Part shown: positions 7,906-15,918 of the stretch, in pieces
How the letters are laid out: every line of letters starts with the position of its first letter
How positions within the stretch are numbered: the first letter of the stretch is position 1
From: Bacteroidaceae bacterium
Lineage (GTDB): Bacteria > Bacteroidota > Bacteroidia > Bacteroidales > Bacteroidaceae
Assembly (NCBI GenBank): GCA_017628845.1
Contig: JAGBYI010000058.1
Span: 769-64,768 of the forward strand
Length of the DNA stretch: 64,000 bases
Reading direction: 5' to 3'
Translations under genes and position numbers: made by a program
The notes under the pieces: model-generated
Seen by the model: the letters and a program-made list of their open reading frames with translations, nothing else
Database searches by the model: none
Told to the model about the DNA's origin: nothing

Positions 7906-9608
7906 TACGTGTTGCAGAACTTTTTGCAGGTGTAGGTGGATTCCGAATTGGTTTGGAAGGTGCATCGGATGAATTCCATACTGTTTGGAACAATCAATGG
8001 GAACCATCTACCAAGCACCAAGATGCCTCTTTAGCATACAGAGCAAGGTTTGGAACCGAAGGACACTCAAATCAAGATATATGTACCGTAGCAACAAATG
8101 ACATTCCTAACCATGACCTCCTTGTTGGCGGTTTCCCTTGTCAGGATTATTCGGTGGCATCAACCCTTAGCCGCTCGGGAGGTATCGAGGGAAAGAAAGG
8201 TGTACTTTGGTGGCAGATATACAGAATACTTGAGGAAAAGGGCGAGAATCGTCCTAACTATATTTTCCTCGAGAATGTTGACCGCATTATTAATTCACCT
8301 GCCAAACAGCGTGGGCGTGACTTTGCTATCATATTGGCTTCATTATCAGACCTAGGTTATATCGTTGAGTGGCGCGTTATCAATGCCGCTGATTACGGAA
8401 TGCCCCAAAGACGTCGCAGGACATACATTGTGGGTTATCGCATAAATTCTGATATTGCAAATCAAATAGAAAATGCTCGCAATTGGCTCTTCTATGACGG
8501 AGTGATGGCCAAATCATTCCCTTTCGTGCAGAAGAAAAATACAATTTCGCAATTCGAGATAGAGGGTACCATTAAGAATGTTTCCGACAACTTCAACATG
8601 GGTAAGAAGGATAGTCCCTTTGGAACTGCTGGAATAATGATTGGGCGTAACATTCTTTCTGTAGACTCAATGGCCGTGTACGATGGGCCTATTCAGACTC
8701 TTGGCGACATTTTGGTAGATGAGGAATTTGTGCCCGAAGAGTTTTACATTTCTGATGAGGAACTCCCCAAGTGGCAATATGAAAAGGGAGCAAAAAAAAT
8801 TAATCGCGTATCAAAAAAGGGGTTCGAATATGTCTTCTCTGAGGGCGGAATGGCATTTCCCGATTACCTTGACAAACCTTCTCGCACAATGGTTACCGGT
8901 GAGGGCGGAACTGCGCCATCGCGTTTCAAACATGTGGTGCAAACTCCATCAGGTAGATACCGTAGACTTATCCCCATCGAATTGGAGCGCCTTAATATGT
9001 TTCCCGACAATCACACATACCACCCAGAAGTATCAGATGGTCGTCGTGCTTTCTTGATGGGCAATGCACTTGTTTGTGGTGTGGTTGAAATAATTGGCAA
9101 AAGCCTATATCGTGCCATCTATAACGAAGAACCTACTTCTTCAAAACCAATATATACACAACGAGACAAACAACCAGTTCTGCAACTTGATTTATTTGCA
9201 GAAGAAAAACTTAATCTAGTTGTAAATGCTCCTAAAAAGACATATACCCTTGACCCTACGAAGCACCTTCTCATAGGGTTAGTAAAATTAGACAACCAAG
9301 AGTATTTCTTAGATGGGGCTCCAACTAAAATCTATTATACAGGAAAGACAAAGGCGTTTCCATCTACTATTGCATTGAACAAGCTTTACTACTTTATGCC
9401 ATATATAAAGGGTAAAGGGGTGAAAGATTTGTATCTTATCCGAATAGCACGAATTGGAAACAAGGCAGAAATTAAAAGTGGAAGTAACGACACCGACCCT
9501 CGTCTTGTATTTGAACTTGAGTACCTTGAAAGTTTACCAGAATATAAGCCTATTAAACTTAATATCTTTAATACATTTAGAGATACTGTGTTGGGGAGTG
9601 TTATATAG
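7902..9608 (+). CDS. DNA (cytosine-5)-methyltransferase, M.Sau3AI-like, with an extra ~158-aa C-terminal domain
   Basis: Motifs FAGVGGF (I), GGFPCQDYS (IV), ENV (VI), QRRRR (VIII), GNAL (X). ATGA start/stop overlap with the endonuclease gene. The core ends near residue 410 and the ORF runs to 568. Confidence 0.9.
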   Translation: MIRVAELFAGVGGFRIGLEGASDEFHTVWNNQWEPSTKHQDASLAYRARFGTEGHSNQDICTVATNDIPNHDLLVGGFPCQDYSVASTLSRSGGIEGKKGVLWWQIYRILEEKGENRPNYIFLENVDRIINSPAKQRGRDFAIILASLSDLGYIVEWRVINAADYGMPQRRRRTYIVGYRINSDIANQIENARNWLFYDGVMAKSFPFVQKKNTISQFEIEGTIKNVSDNFNMGKKDSPFGTAGIMIGRNILSVDSMAVYDGPIQTLGDILVDEEFVPEEFYISDEELPKWQYEKGAKKINRVSKKGFEYVFSEGGMAFPDYLDKPSRTMVTGEGGTAPSRFKHVVQTPSGRYRRLIPIELERLNMFPDNHTYHPEVSDGRRAFLMGNALVCGVVEIIGKSLYRAIYNEEPTSSKPIYTQRDKQPVLQLDLFAEEKLNLVVNAPKKTYTLDPTKHLLIGLVKLDNQEYFLDGAPTKIYYTGKTKAFPSTIALNKLYYFMPYIKGKGVKDLYLIRIARIGNKAEIKSGSNDTDPRLVFELEYLESLPEYKPIKLNIFNTFRDTVLGSVI

Positions 9609-9733
9609 CATGTTCAAACACTATATGAAGTTGATAACTTTAAAACAACAAAAATTTATTGTTGACTGCAAATGAGTATCATATAATTTGTCCCATCACA
9701 TGCTTCTTTTGCAACTTATAACAGACTAGATAA

Positions 9734-10435
9734 ATGAAGAAAAATATAGTCAGTACATTAATTTTTACTCTAATAGGAGCGTTTATACCTATATGTTGGG
9801 ATTACTGGAGTGCAAACCATAAGGAATTGACAATTCAGGAAGAAAGACGAATTGATTTCTTGAATAAATCAAATGAAAATTTTACCCTTCTATATAATGA
9901 TAGTATAAAACTAGATGATTATAATTATATTGTTGAGTATTCCATTATTAATACAGGTGATGCCACTATTGTTGGATACGGACCTAACAGTGATATATTA
10001 ACTGTAGATAATTTACTTCGCATAGCAACAGATTCAATCATTGTGGATTTATATGAAAACCAATACTCCATAACCCTAGATAATAACTGTATTCGTTTTA
10101 AACAAATCAAACCAGGCGAAAAGATATCGCTTATCTGCATTACTAATATACTATCAGATAACAGTATTGTACAAATTAGCGATAGAGATATCAAGGACAC
10201 TGATATTATATATACCAAAAGTTGTGATAATTTAACCACTTTTGAGAAAACGACTTCTACTAAAAGATGGATCTCTGTAATAGGCTTCTTATTCAACTTA
10301 TTGATAATTATAGTTTTAATTGTAATTGCAGTATTTGATTTTGTCAAAGGAAAGCCATTCAAAATAGTATTGTTTGTATTATGGATTATGTGTCTATTAT
10401 ATACAATGTCGTTACCTCTGAAGTGGTTGTTATAA
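9734..10435 (+). CDS. uncharacterised 3-TM membrane protein
   Basis: 233 aa. N-terminal TM helix, ~150-aa beta-rich middle domain, two C-terminal TM helices. AT-rich. No family recognised. Confidence 0.5.
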   Translation: MKKNIVSTLIFTLIGAFIPICWDYWSANHKELTIQEERRIDFLNKSNENFTLLYNDSIKLDDYNYIVEYSIINTGDATIVGYGPNSDILTVDNLLRIATDSIIVDLYENQYSITLDNNCIRFKQIKPGEKISLICITNILSDNSIVQISDRDIKDTDIIYTKSCDNLTTFEKTTSTKRWISVIGFLFNLLIIIVLIVIAVFDFVKGKPFKIVLFVLWIMCLLYTMSLPLKWLL

Positions 10436-10669
10436 TATAGAAACTACGATTCTCCCATTCTATACGGAATAGAGTAATGCATTAATTCGAAATAATGGAA
10501 GATATTCTTGATGAAGATTGGTCTCATTGACCTCCTGGCATCGTACACTTTCACGGACACAACTTTGGACGAATTGAAAAAGCAAGTCAAATCCGCAAAT
10601 ACATAGCAATAAAGCGTAAAAACGAGATTATGCAAAGGCCATATAACAGGGAGAAAACTATAAGATAGT

Positions 10670-11104
10670 ATGTCGAAAATATCCATCCGATTCTATAACG
10701 ACCGTGAGGTGAGGGCCATTTGGGATGAGGAGAAATCCAAATGGTGGTTCTCGGCTATTGATGTAATTCGTGCAATTAATGATGAGGCAGATTATGTAAA
10801 GGCTGGTAACTATTGGCGTTGGCTTAAAAAGAAATTTACTACCGACGGCATTCAACTCGTGAGCGTCACTCACGACTTCAAGTTCGAAGCACCCGATGGA
10901 AAGAGACGCGCCGCCGATGCTCTCGACAACGAGTGTGTTCATATATTAGCAAAGCACTATCCGAATAATAAGGCTTTGGCTTTCCTCGATTGGTTTACCT
11001 ATAGCGACAACACCATTGATGGGCAGAGCAAAAAGAAAGCATACCAATTGTTTGAAAGTGGTATCTTGAAGTCGCTTGAACCTGGCAGCATAAAGTGTTT
11101 ATAA
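10670..11104 (+). CDS. Bro-N domain protein, probably 3'-truncated
   Basis: 144 aa. IRFYNDREVRAIWDEEKSKWWFSAIDVIRAI fits the Bro-N pattern. The ORF ends where composition shifts to host-like. Confidence 0.55.
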   Translation: MSKISIRFYNDREVRAIWDEEKSKWWFSAIDVIRAINDEADYVKAGNYWRWLKKKFTTDGIQLVSVTHDFKFEAPDGKRRAADALDNECVHILAKHYPNNKALAFLDWFTYSDNTIDGQSKKKAYQLFESGILKSLEPGSIKCL

Positions 11105-11163
11105 CTCGGACAACAAAAGTAATAAAGAAACCAAGGTCATGGAGGTTGTAAATCTACTGCACT

Positions 11164-11676
11164 ATGGACAAACTGACTCCTGAACAACGGCACAGGTGCA
11201 TGGCTTCGATAAAGGGAAAGGATACGAAGCCAGAAATGCTGGTGCGCAAATTCCTGTGGAGACGTGGCTTCCGATATAGGCTCAATCATCCGAGATTGCC
11301 GGGGAAACCGGACATAGTGCTGAGGAAATACAGGACATGCATCTTTGTGAACGGGTGCTTCTGGCATGGGCACGAAGGGTGCGGGCTGTTTGTGATGCCC
11401 AAGACGAGGACTGAGTTCTGGCAGAGCAAGGTGAACCGCAACCGGGGACGGGACAAGAGGGTGAAGCAGGAACTGGCAAACATGGGGTGGCATAGCATTA
11501 CGATATGGGAATGCCAGCTGAAACCCTCCAGCAGGGACATGACTCTGGAATCCCTGGCGTACACGCTGAACAAGATCTTCCTGCTGAACCATGGAGCAAA
11601 GACATATAACACACCTGTGCAGGAACCGGCGGTAAAGGTGGCGGAGGAGAGAACGGAGTACTGGAGTGAACGGTGA
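11164..11676 (+). CDS. vsr: very short patch repair endonuclease
   Basis: 170 aa. MASIKGKDTKPE, RGFRYRLN, PGKPDIVL, IFVNGCFWHGH and ITIWECQL are hallmark Vsr motifs. Confidence 0.9.
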   Translation: MDKLTPEQRHRCMASIKGKDTKPEMLVRKFLWRRGFRYRLNHPRLPGKPDIVLRKYRTCIFVNGCFWHGHEGCGLFVMPKTRTEFWQSKVNRNRGRDKRVKQELANMGWHSITIWECQLKPSSRDMTLESLAYTLNKIFLLNHGAKTYNTPVQEPAVKVAEERTEYWSER

Positions 11677-11683
11677 GCGAATT

Positions 11684-11812
11684 TATCCACCCCCTCCCCC
11701 CTGCGGGGTACTCGCCCCTGTCTCAGGGGGAGAAAGTGGGTGATAGCGTTAGTCAGTAGTAACTGACTGTCCCTCTGAGACAGGGGGACGAGCGAAGCGG
11801 AGGGGGTGGATA
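11684..11812. repeat. 129-bp imperfect palindrome built from two inverted copies of a TATCCACCCCCTCC...CTGTCTCAGGGGGA module
   Basis: Left arm 11684-11733, right arm 11770-11812, central stem AGTCAGT/ACTGACT. Lies directly downstream of the vsr stop. Confidence 0.7.
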
Positions 11813-11934
11813 GTTTTCCGTTCTCCGTTTTCACCTTTCCGTTTTAATCCCGCTTTGCGGTCTTGAATCTGCTCACGCTCGGCAATTCAAACAAGTTTGA
11901 TTGCTCTCGCTTACTCGCAGATTTCCGTTTGTAA
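11769..11934 (-). repeat. repeat element copy A (inverted relative to the copy inside mfd)
   Basis: Its reverse complement aligns over ~150 nt with 12656-12808, with a handful of mismatches and one 14-nt indel. Confidence 0.8.
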
Positions 11935-12087
11935 AGTGAGAGATGAGGGGTTAACGAAGAACGTTGACTTGCGTAGCTTGATGAGCTTGCGACTGCTTTA
12001 GCTTGATGAACCAAAGGTGAATAATAACATTGACAGGTTTCCATGCACTTTGTGCACAATTATTTTCTATAATTGGATTTATACCCT

Positions 12088-12095
12088 TACCTTTG
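12088..12095 (+). promoter_or_regulatory. Bacteroidetes-type -7 box TACCTTTG
   Basis: Exact TAnnTTTG match, 57 nt upstream of the flavoprotein gene relic and 212 nt upstream of the mfd ATG. Confidence 0.4.
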
Positions 12096-12151
12096 TACGG
12101 AACATTACGGGAAACAGATTTTTCACTAAACCTCTTTACAAGAATTGGCAA

Positions 12152-12237
12152 TGAAAAAGATCATAATCATAGATGGCGGCCCTCGGAAGAATATGAACAC
12201 CTATCACCATATCATATACGTCAGTACTGCCCTATAA
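12152..12237 (+). pseudogene. relic of a flavodoxin-like NAD(P)H-dependent FMN reductase gene (N-terminal ~17 codons recognisable)
   Basis: MKKIIIIDGGPRKNMNT resembles the conserved N-terminus of FMN_red-type proteins. The frame stops after 28 codons. Confidence 0.3.
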
Positions 12238-12306
12238 GGTGGAGGGTATGAAGACGGATTAATGTTGAAGGTGGAAAGTTTAACGTTGACAGAACCCTAA
12301 CCATAC

Positions 12307-15300
12307 ATGGAAATACAGAAACTCCAAACGTTGATAGGACGCTCGGCCAAGGTGAAGGCCTTGGGACGATTGCTGGCGGACGAGGGATTGAAGGAAATAA
12401 GGCTGGAGGGACTGGTGGCAAGTTCGGCACCGGTGTTCTTCTCGGCTCTAACGGAGAAATGTCCCGAGGTGCTCACCGCTCCATACCTCTTCATCATGGA
12501 CGATGAGGAGCAGGCGGGATACTTCTATCACGACCTGACACAGATACTGGGCACCAGCCAGGTGTTCTTCCTGCCAAGCAGTTTCCGCCGTGCGGTGAAG
12601 TACGGCCAGCGCGATGCTGGCAACGAGATCCTGCGCACGGATGCCCTGTCGGCCCTTACAAACGGAAATCTGCGAGTAAACGAGAGCAATCAAACTTGTT
12701 TGAATTGCCGAGCGGAAGCAGATTCAAGACCGCAAAGCGGGATTAAATCGGAAAACGGAGAACTATCCACCCCCTCCGCTTCGCTCGTCCCGCCTGTCTC
12801 AGGGGGACAAAGGAAAACGGAAAACGGAGAACTTGTTCGTTCAACGTTCAACGCTCAACGTTCAACTTTAAACGCTCACCCGCTCACCTCTCACCTCTTC
12901 ATCGTCTCCTATCCCGAGGCTCTGACGGAACTGGTGGTGAGCAAGCGTGAGTTGCAGGACCATACCATTGCTCTGGCGGTGGGCGACATGCAGGACATCA
13001 GGGCTTTGCAGAAGAGGCTGTTGGAGCAGGGTTTCCGACGCACGGACTATGTCTACGAACCGGGGCAGTTTGCCGTACGCGGTTCGCTGGTGGACGTGTA
13101 CAGTTTCTCGCACGAGCATCCCTTCCGCATAGACTTCTTCGGAGACGAGATAGACAGCATACGCACGTTCGACGTGCAGAGCCAGTTGTCGGTGGAGCGC
13201 CTGCAGGAGGTGCGCATAGTGCCCGAACTGGCACAGAACCAGAGCGAGAGAATAAGCCTGCTGGAGTTCCTGCCCGAGAGGACACGGCTGGTGATGCGCG
13301 ACCGTGCCTTCCTGTGCGACGAGGTGGAGCGCATCTGGCAGGAGGGCTTCTCCCTGTCGGCACGCATAGTGGAAATGGAGGAGGGAACTGCCGACAGGGA
13401 CGAGTCGGAAAGGCTGGTGCGCGAGCAACTGCTTGTGGAGCCCGACCGCTTCCGCCACCGCCTGCTGGACTTCCGCACCGTACTGCTGGGCTCGTCGAGG
13501 GAGGGACAGGCAAACCTGTCGTTTGGCATAAGCCCCCAGCCCATCTTTCACAAGAACTTCAACCTGCTCACGCGCGAACTTCTGCGATACCAGCACGAGG
13601 ACTACGACATATACATCCTGGCCGACAGCACCAAGCAGACGGACCGCCTGGAGAGCATCTTCCACGACATGCAGCTGGGCATACGCTTCAAGCCCGTGGA
13701 AAAGACCCTGCACGAGGGTTTCGTGGACAACGACAGGAAACTGGTGCTCTTCACCGATCATCAGATATTCGACCGCTTCCACAAGTACAACCTCCGCTCG
13801 GAGCATGCCAGAAGGGGCAAGATGGCGCTGACGCTGAAGGAGATACAGCAGTTCCAGCTGGGCGACTACGTAGTGCACATAGACCATGGCGTAGGTCGTT
13901 TCGGAGGCCTGATTACCATACCCGAGGGCGAGCGCATGGTGGAGAAGATACGCATCAACTATGATGGCGGTGGCGTAATCTACGTGTCCATACATGCCCT
14001 GCACAAGGTGTCGAAGTATAAGGGTCAGGAGGGTACTCCGCCAAAGGTGAACAAGCTGGGCGGCCGTGCCTGGGAGAACCTGAAGGAGCGCACCAAGAAA
14101 AAGATAAAGGACATAGCACGCGACCTGATACGCCTCTATAGCCTCCGCCGACAGGAGAAGGGGTTCCAGTTCTCGCCCGACACATACATGCAGACGGAAT
14201 TGGAGGCTTCGTTCCTCTACGAGGACACGCCCGACCAGCTGAAGGCCACCCAGGACGTGAAGGCCGACATGGAGCGCCAGCGCCCGATGGACCGCCTGGT
14301 GTGCGGCGATGTGGGCTTTGGAAAGACGGAAGTGGCAATACGTGCCGCCTTCAAGGCCGCCACGGACGGCAAGCAGGTGGCGGTGCTCGTGCCCACCACG
14401 GTACTGGCATACCAGCACTACCGCACGTTCACGTCCAGGCTGAAGGACATGCCCGTCAGGGTGGACTACCTCTCCCGTGCTCGCTCGGCAAAGGATACCA
14501 GGGAACTGCTCTCCGACCTGAAGGAGGGCAAGATAAACATCATCATAGGCACGCACAGGCTCATTGGCAAGAGCGTGAAGTTCCAGGACCTGGGCTTGCT
14601 GATAATAGATGAGGAGCAGAAGTTCGGTGTCTCCACCAAGGAGAAGCTTCGCCAGATGAAGACCAACGTGGACACACTGACGCTGACCGCCACGCCCATA
14701 CCGCGCACCCTGCAATTCTCCTTGATGGGTGCCAGGGACCTGAGCGTGATACAGACTCCCCCACCTAACCGATACCCCATACAGACACAGGTGTGCACCT
14801 TCTCGAGCGACGTGATTGCCGAGGCCGTGGGCTTCGAGATGAGCCGAAACGGACAGACCTACATCGTGTCGAACCGCATATCCTCCCTGCCGGAACTGGA
14901 GGGCATAGTGCGCAAGTACGTGCCCGATGCCAGGGTGGCAATAGGACACGGACAGATGTCGCCCGAGAAACTGGAGGAGATAATCCTGGGCTTCGTGAAC
15001 CACGACTTCGACGTGCTCATATCCACCACCATCATAGAGAGCGGAATAGACATTCCCAACGCCAACACCATAGTGGTGTGCTCGGCACAGAACTTCGGAC
15101 TTTCCGACCTGCACCAGATGCGCGGACGTGTGGGACGAAGCAACCGCAAGGCTTTCTGCTATCTGCTGGCACCTCCCTTGTCGGGCCTGAACCCCGAGGC
15201 ACGCCGCCGCCTGCAGGCCATAGAGACGTTCTCCGACCTGGGAAGCGGCATACACATAGCCATGCAGGACCTGGACATACGCGGTGCCGGCAACCTGCTG

Positions 15301-15918
15301 GGTGCTGAGCAGAGCGGCTTCATTGCCGACCTGGGTTATGAGACATACCAGAAGATCTTGTCCGAGGCGGTGAAGGAACTCAGGAACGAGGAGTTTCAGG
15401 ATCTCTATGCCGAAGATGCCAACAATGCGGCAAGCGAGGCAAAGGCAACCGACTTTGTGGACGAGTGCCAACTGGAGACCGACCTGCCAGCACACTTGCC
15501 CGAAACCTATGTGCCCACGAGCAGCGAGCGCATGCTCCTGTACCGCGAACTTGACCAGATGGAGCAGGACCACCAGATAGAAGCCTTCTGCACACGCCTG
15601 AAGGACCGCTTCGGCCCTCTGCCCAGGGAGGCAGAAGACCTGTGCAACCTGGTACGTCTGCGCCGCCTTGGCAAACAGCTGGGTGCCGAGCGCCTGGTAC
15701 TGAAGAACGGCCAGATGCGCCTCTACTTCGTGCAATCCGAGCAGAGCCCCTACTACCAAAGCACGGAGTTCGGACAAATCGTGGCATACTATAGCGTGAA
15801 TGCCGCCAATTGCCAACTCTCCGAGCGCAACGGCCACAAGTTCCTGAACATCGCCCACATGAGGAAGGTGCAATCGGCCGTATCCGCACTGGAGAACATC
15901 TTGGCTATAACATTATAA
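12307..15918 (+). CDS. mfd: transcription-repair coupling factor Mfd carrying an in-frame ~79-codon repeat-element insertion
   Basis: 1203 aa. UvrB-homology N-terminus, RID region, helicase motifs GDVGFGKTEVA and DEEQKFG, TRG/C-terminal domains. Residues ~119-197 are low-complexity and encoded by the repeat element. Confidence 0.9.
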   Translation: MEIQKLQTLIGRSAKVKALGRLLADEGLKEIRLEGLVASSAPVFFSALTEKCPEVLTAPYLFIMDDEEQAGYFYHDLTQILGTSQVFFLPSSFRRAVKYGQRDAGNEILRTDALSALTNGNLRVNESNQTCLNCRAEADSRPQSGIKSENGELSTPSASLVPPVSGGQRKTENGELVRSTFNAQRSTLNAHPLTSHLFIVSYPEALTELVVSKRELQDHTIALAVGDMQDIRALQKRLLEQGFRRTDYVYEPGQFAVRGSLVDVYSFSHEHPFRIDFFGDEIDSIRTFDVQSQLSVERLQEVRIVPELAQNQSERISLLEFLPERTRLVMRDRAFLCDEVERIWQEGFSLSARIVEMEEGTADRDESERLVREQLLVEPDRFRHRLLDFRTVLLGSSREGQANLSFGISPQPIFHKNFNLLTRELLRYQHEDYDIYILADSTKQTDRLESIFHDMQLGIRFKPVEKTLHEGFVDNDRKLVLFTDHQIFDRFHKYNLRSEHARRGKMALTLKEIQQFQLGDYVVHIDHGVGRFGGLITIPEGERMVEKIRINYDGGGVIYVSIHALHKVSKYKGQEGTPPKVNKLGGRAWENLKERTKKKIKDIARDLIRLYSLRRQEKGFQFSPDTYMQTELEASFLYEDTPDQLKATQDVKADMERQRPMDRLVCGDVGFGKTEVAIRAAFKAATDGKQVAVLVPTTVLAYQHYRTFTSRLKDMPVRVDYLSRARSAKDTRELLSDLKEGKINIIIGTHRLIGKSVKFQDLGLLIIDEEQKFGVSTKEKLRQMKTNVDTLTLTATPIPRTLQFSLMGARDLSVIQTPPPNRYPIQTQVCTFSSDVIAEAVGFEMSRNGQTYIVSNRISSLPELEGIVRKYVPDARVAIGHGQMSPEKLEEIILGFVNHDFDVLISTTIIESGIDIPNANTIVVCSAQNFGLSDLHQMRGRVGRSNRKAFCYLLAPPLSGLNPEARRRLQAIETFSDLGSGIHIAMQDLDIRGAGNLLGAEQSGFIADLGYETYQKILSEAVKELRNEEFQDLYAEDANNAASEAKATDFVDECQLETDLPAHLPETYVPTSSERMLLYRELDQMEQDHQIEAFCTRLKDRFGPLPREAEDLCNLVRLRRLGKQLGAERLVLKNGQMRLYFVQSEQSPYYQSTEFGQIVAYYSVNAANCQLSERNGHKFLNIAHMRKVQSAVSALENILAITL
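12656..12897 (+). repeat. repeat element copy B embedded in frame in mfd
   Basis: 12656-12808 matches inverted copy A. 12830-12895 holds TTCAACG tandem units and a GCTCACCCGCT module also seen at 60686-60720. Confidence 0.8.

Noticed and set aside
8802-8809. A8 homopolymer inside the methyltransferase ORF as a phase-variation (phasevarion) tract
   Set aside because: The tract is short for efficient slippage. Switching off the methyltransferase of a type II system while the endonuclease stays active would be lethal. It encodes an ordinary Lys-Lys.
11286-11834. 182-aa minus-strand ORF running from the palindromic repeat into vsr
   Set aside because: It is antisense to a clear vsr gene and begins inside a repeat element. 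Its translation is low-complexity.
12868-15873. 1001-aa ORF on the strand opposite mfd
   Set aside because: This is a shadow ORF. mfd has unmistakable motifs on the plus strand, and the antisense translation is Leu/Val/Ala/His-rich low-information sequence with no recognisable domain. The long open frame is a by-product of codon bias.
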